A stretch of DNA of 63,963 nucleotides, the filler included, from Barthelona sp. PAP020 (taxonomy: Eukaryota): NCBI GenBank assembly GCA_040182905.1. It is 4 parts of 4 records of this genome, joined end to end, with 100 filler letters (N's around TTAATTAATTAA, not from the genome) between each part and the next. Parts side by side here need not be neighbours in the genome. Positions count along the whole stretch, not along the records: positions 54,588 to 63,963 come from JARQWU010000427.1; 3 more parts are not named here. One strand, written 5' to 3'. Position numbers and translations under genes: made by a program. Of this stretch, positions 60,623 through 63,963 are shown piece by piece. Position 1 is the stretch's first letter, and every line of letters begins with the position of its first letter. The notes beneath the pieces were generated by a model. That model had not been told where the DNA came from. It searched no databases and worked only from the letters and a program-made list of their open reading frames with translations.

Positions 60623-63600
60623 ATGAACTCTGATTTTTCCATTGAAGATCTATTATATAAGTTAATAATTGAAACTTTAAAAAGACGATCAATTGTCGAT
60701 ATACCAAATGAAGAAGAAAAACAAAAAATATTGGTTAAAAACGATTATAATCATATTTATCAAAATATTTATAACATTTTATCATTGCCTTTAGATTCAC
60801 ATAATATTGATTTTGATGTTTTGTTGGAAATAATTGGTAAAGATATTAATGAATCAGGTAATAACAATCAAAAATCCAATGAGTTTAAAAAAATATGTCA
60901 AATTTTGTTGAACAATAACAAAGACCTTTATAAAGATATAATATATATATTATGTTTGTTTAGGAATGTAACATCAATTGAAAAAGACAGACATGATGTA
61001 GAAGATCAAAGCAATGCCAAAAATACCATTGACAAAAATTCGTTGCTTTTTCCTGATTTACCTCTTCCTGTGACAAATAAAGATATTACAGATGACAATA
61101 GGAATTCAAAGACTCATCCTAGGTTGTTGTTTAACTATGGTTCTTTGTTTGATGTTGAAAAACCAATAATACAGCAAGGAGAGCGTGTTTGTTCTTCAAA
61201 TGATGCTTATGCATGTGATATTGCTGAAATTGAAATTGTTAAAGAAGTGATTGAGGCATTGAAAGGCTTGAACACATGGAGAATACAACGAAATCAAAAG
61301 AAGCCATTTGATTGGACAATTGATATTGCTCAGTTATCTGTTGGACAAAAAAAAATTGTTCTTGAGATGCTTAATGATTCAGACAAGATTCGTAGGATGA
61401 ATACGAATATTCACAAACATACTTCAATGGAAGGGCTTTATAATCAAGCATTTTACCTCAGTTTATGGAAAAATATTTGTGTAAATGATCTGGATATTGA
61501 GAACATTTTTCACAAAAAATCTAAAGAATTGAAAACCTTGCTTCAATTGAAGTCTTTCATGACGTGTGTAGTTGAAAAGTTTGACATTATAGAAAATATT
61601 GTAAATATTGTAAAAGATAGGAAAGTTTCAACAAACATGCTGTCGAGACTTTCAGAAACATTGAAAACAGGCAATTCTGTTCATTTTTCAATTTACAAAA
61701 CTATTTTTGAGAGTTGTATGGTGCCCTTTTTTGACTGGACGATCAATTTTTTGAAGTATGGAGAGTTTATTGACACTAATTTGGAATATTTTGTTCAGCA
61801 GAATTTGAAGGAAACAAGAGACATCTGGAATAACAGATTCAAAATGGTTGAAGGAAATGTCCCCATTTTTTTAGTGAAATCAGATATTTGTGAAAAGATA
61901 TTTTTGATGGGAAAGACTGTATTTTTGTTGCGGAATTGTGATGGACAAAACGACACTGAGTTTACAAATGAATTTGATGAAACATCATTAATAACTTTAT
62001 TCAAGACTTTTGTATTCAAACCTTCTTTGAAATCTTCGAATAGTTTGATCAAATTTTTGGTTGACATACAAAGGAAACTGGATAAACTGATGCACAATGA
62101 ACTGTTTGAGAAATGCAATTTCTTGTTTCATTTTCAAAACATCAAACTTTATTTGATGCTTGGTGATGGTAAATTTGGATTGGATCTTTTCAAACATTAT
62201 CAAACTATTAATGACGATATTTACGATGTTCTTGGAGATTATTTTGAGCAATGTTTTAGAAAATCCTTGGACCATCTTAGTGTTTCTCAGCAGAATGATA
62301 TTTTAGAATTTTTATCATTAAGATTAGCAGATAACAATGATTCTGCTTCTTTGGATACTATCATACTTCAATATTCTGTTCATAAAGCTCATATGATATC
62401 AACTGTATTTAATCATACTGTTCTTCAAAAATATTCTCAGATATTCAAGTTTCTTTTCGAATTGAACGGATTTCATCATAGTTTCAATCAAAAATGGTTT
62501 CAACAAAGAGAATTGGACTCATTTGTGTATCATGGCACAAGAAGATTTGAAGAAATGGAAATACTTTCGCTACAAGAATTACCTGGTTTTGAAGATGGTC
62601 TTTTAAAAATGCTTGCTTGGAAAGGAAGAAATATTCAAAAAGAAATCACACCAATCAGTAACTGTTTCCAGGAAATTTTTTCAAAGTTTCAAACGTTTTT
62701 TAAGATCATAATCCAATTTTATCAAACGTCAATAATTGATCCAGCATACAATAAATTTATTCAAAGGTTGTCGTCTTGTCCCAACTTTGATTTTATAATT
62801 TCAACTCATGAATCTTTTGTCAATGATCTAATGAAACAACTGAATCTCCCAACACAAGATATTATCTCAAAAAATAATAATAATAATTCAAGCACTTCCA
62901 ATCAGTCTTCATGTGAGGAGTTTCAAGATAATTTGCGTGAAATTATGAAATTTGCCAGATTATTTTTGGATGAAAGCGCTTGGTTTCTCGATCGTATTTT
63001 TAAGTCTTGGATAAATATTAAGAAGATGCTACGATTCATAAATGATGCATCAAACATGTCTTATAGTGACAATAATTCCTTTAAAAACATTTTATGGGAC
63101 GATTGTATTGTGTTACATGATAGAACAAAAGAACACTTTGATGAACTATTAACCAATTTGTTAGACAACAATTTTTTGGAAAGAATGATTTATCTCAATA
63201 AAAAGACTGAGATTGCTTTCATGAATTTTATTGAATATTTAAATAACAAACAAAAAGCGCAGAATAATTACACTTTTGATATTGGAAAAGCTTTACTTCT
63301 TCAAATGGATTTCAATGAGTTTTACGCTTCGAAGATTAAATTTTTGCCTGATTCAACAAAAACTAACTTATTTGATCAACATTTGAACAAAAATATTAGC
63401 ATGGAAGTTGAAACCGATCAAACTCCTCAATTTACACTACCTGAACCCATTGAACAGCCTAAATTACCTTCATCTTCCTCTTATGATTTTAATGGCTTAA
63501 ATATCAATATAAACAAAGAAAAAGATGACAGGAATGAAATTAGCAGTGCATATTCTGATGCATCCATTTCTTTAAAAGATTTAAAACGTAGAATTCAATT

Positions 63601-63625
63601 GTTAAGTACGAAGAATAAACAATGA
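60623..63625 (+). CDS. Gamma-tubulin complex component (Spc97/Spc98 family, GCP3-like)
   Basis: WTINFLKYGEFID...EYFV, VPIFL...KIFLMGK, IKLYLMLGDGKF, KYSQIFKFL, LLLQMDFNEFY. Confidence 0.85.
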   Translation: MNSDFSIEDLLYKLIIETLKRRSIVDIPNEEEKQKILVKNDYNHIYQNIYNILSLPLDSHNIDFDVLLEIIGKDINESGNNNQKSNEFKKICQILLNNNKDLYKDIIYILCLFRNVTSIEKDRHDVEDQSNAKNTIDKNSLLFPDLPLPVTNKDITDDNRNSKTHPRLLFNYGSLFDVEKPIIQQGERVCSSNDAYACDIAEIEIVKEVIEALKGLNTWRIQRNQKKPFDWTIDIAQLSVGQKKIVLEMLNDSDKIRRMNTNIHKHTSMEGLYNQAFYLSLWKNICVNDLDIENIFHKKSKELKTLLQLKSFMTCVVEKFDIIENIVNIVKDRKVSTNMLSRLSETLKTGNSVHFSIYKTIFESCMVPFFDWTINFLKYGEFIDTNLEYFVQQNLKETRDIWNNRFKMVEGNVPIFLVKSDICEKIFLMGKTVFLLRNCDGQNDTEFTNEFDETSLITLFKTFVFKPSLKSSNSLIKFLVDIQRKLDKLMHNELFEKCNFLFHFQNIKLYLMLGDGKFGLDLFKHYQTINDDIYDVLGDYFEQCFRKSLDHLSVSQQNDILEFLSLRLADNNDSASLDTIILQYSVHKAHMISTVFNHTVLQKYSQIFKFLFELNGFHHSFNQKWFQQRELDSFVYHGTRRFEEMEILSLQELPGFEDGLLKMLAWKGRNIQKEITPISNCFQEIFSKFQTFFKIIIQFYQTSIIDPAYNKFIQRLSSCPNFDFIISTHESFVNDLMKQLNLPTQDIISKNNNNNSSTSNQSSCEEFQDNLREIMKFARLFLDESAWFLDRIFKSWINIKKMLRFINDASNMSYSDNNSFKNILWDDCIVLHDRTKEHFDELLTNLLDNNFLERMIYLNKKTEIAFMNFIEYLNNKQKAQNNYTFDIGKALLLQMDFNEFYASKIKFLPDSTKTNLFDQHLNKNISMEVETDQTPQFTLPEPIEQPKLPSSSSYDFNGLNININKEKDDRNEISSAYSDASISLKDLKRRIQLLSTKNKQ

Positions 63626-63801
63626 ATCTTGGTAATATTGTACAAATTTGCTGTATCATCTTATGATAGCCCTACTCACTTGACAATGTATGAATGAATG
63701 AATGAATGAATTTATTTGTAAAAGAAAATAAACGAAATCATTAGATTTCAAGGGAAGGTGAAACGAAAACAGGACTTTATGACTATATAAAAAAACTCTT
63801 T

Positions 63802-63940
63802 AAACTCTAACCGAGAACAATAAACGTCTTTATAAGCATTTATTTGTGTTCGTAGCAAAGCGGACGGATTTCACCCAAAAGACAAAATAAACATGTTCTA
63901 GGTTCTATTCTTGCACTTCTGATTGTTAAATATGATCCAA
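63802..63940. repeat. Dispersed repeat family A copy with permuted module order
   Basis: aaactctaaccgagaacaataaa...tttataagcattt directly followed by gtgttcgtagcaaagcggacggatttca (module 2 reversed). Confidence 0.82.
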
Positions 63941-63963
63941 TACATATACAATAATTTATAATA

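Noticed and set aside
63691..63711. (GAAT)n tract as a telomere-like repeat
   Set aside because: Only about 5 units and internal; an ordinary microsatellite.

Overview
AT-rich, gene-dense DNA from a unicellular eukaryote, standard genetic code, with no introns needed for any recognisable gene. The window is four unrelated contigs (1-18170, 18271-36338, 36439-54487, 54588-63963) joined by artificial 100-nt N44-TTAATTAATTAA-N44 spacers, so gene order across spacers is meaningless. Housekeeping genes: WDR11, Spb1/FTSJ3, GTP-PEPCK, a kinesin, a CDK9/12-like kinase, HEATR6-like, a gamma-tubulin complex subunit, an hSac2/TPRG1-like protein, a MORN protein, tRNA-Val(AAC) and tRNA-Gly(TCC). The most striking content is a possible innate-immunity-like toolkit. 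(1) A combinatorial family mixes one kinase type, highly conserved recombining ankyrin arrays or WD40 propellers, and an unrecognised ~70-aa C-terminal module (IELxKNxGY...CWDLxDxNxxNGGN plus acidic tail). (2) A Schlafen/AlbA_2 nuclease is fused to a STAND/NB-ARC NTPase. (3) A helical-bundle + pseudokinase + RRM protein has an MLKL-like layout. (4) A PIWI-clade Argonaute has lost its slicer residues. Non-coding DNA holds two dispersed repeat families, a MITE-like inverted repeat, and a B-box-like motif at nearly the same offset downstream of both tRNA genes. All domain calls are by-eye motif recognition, not database results.
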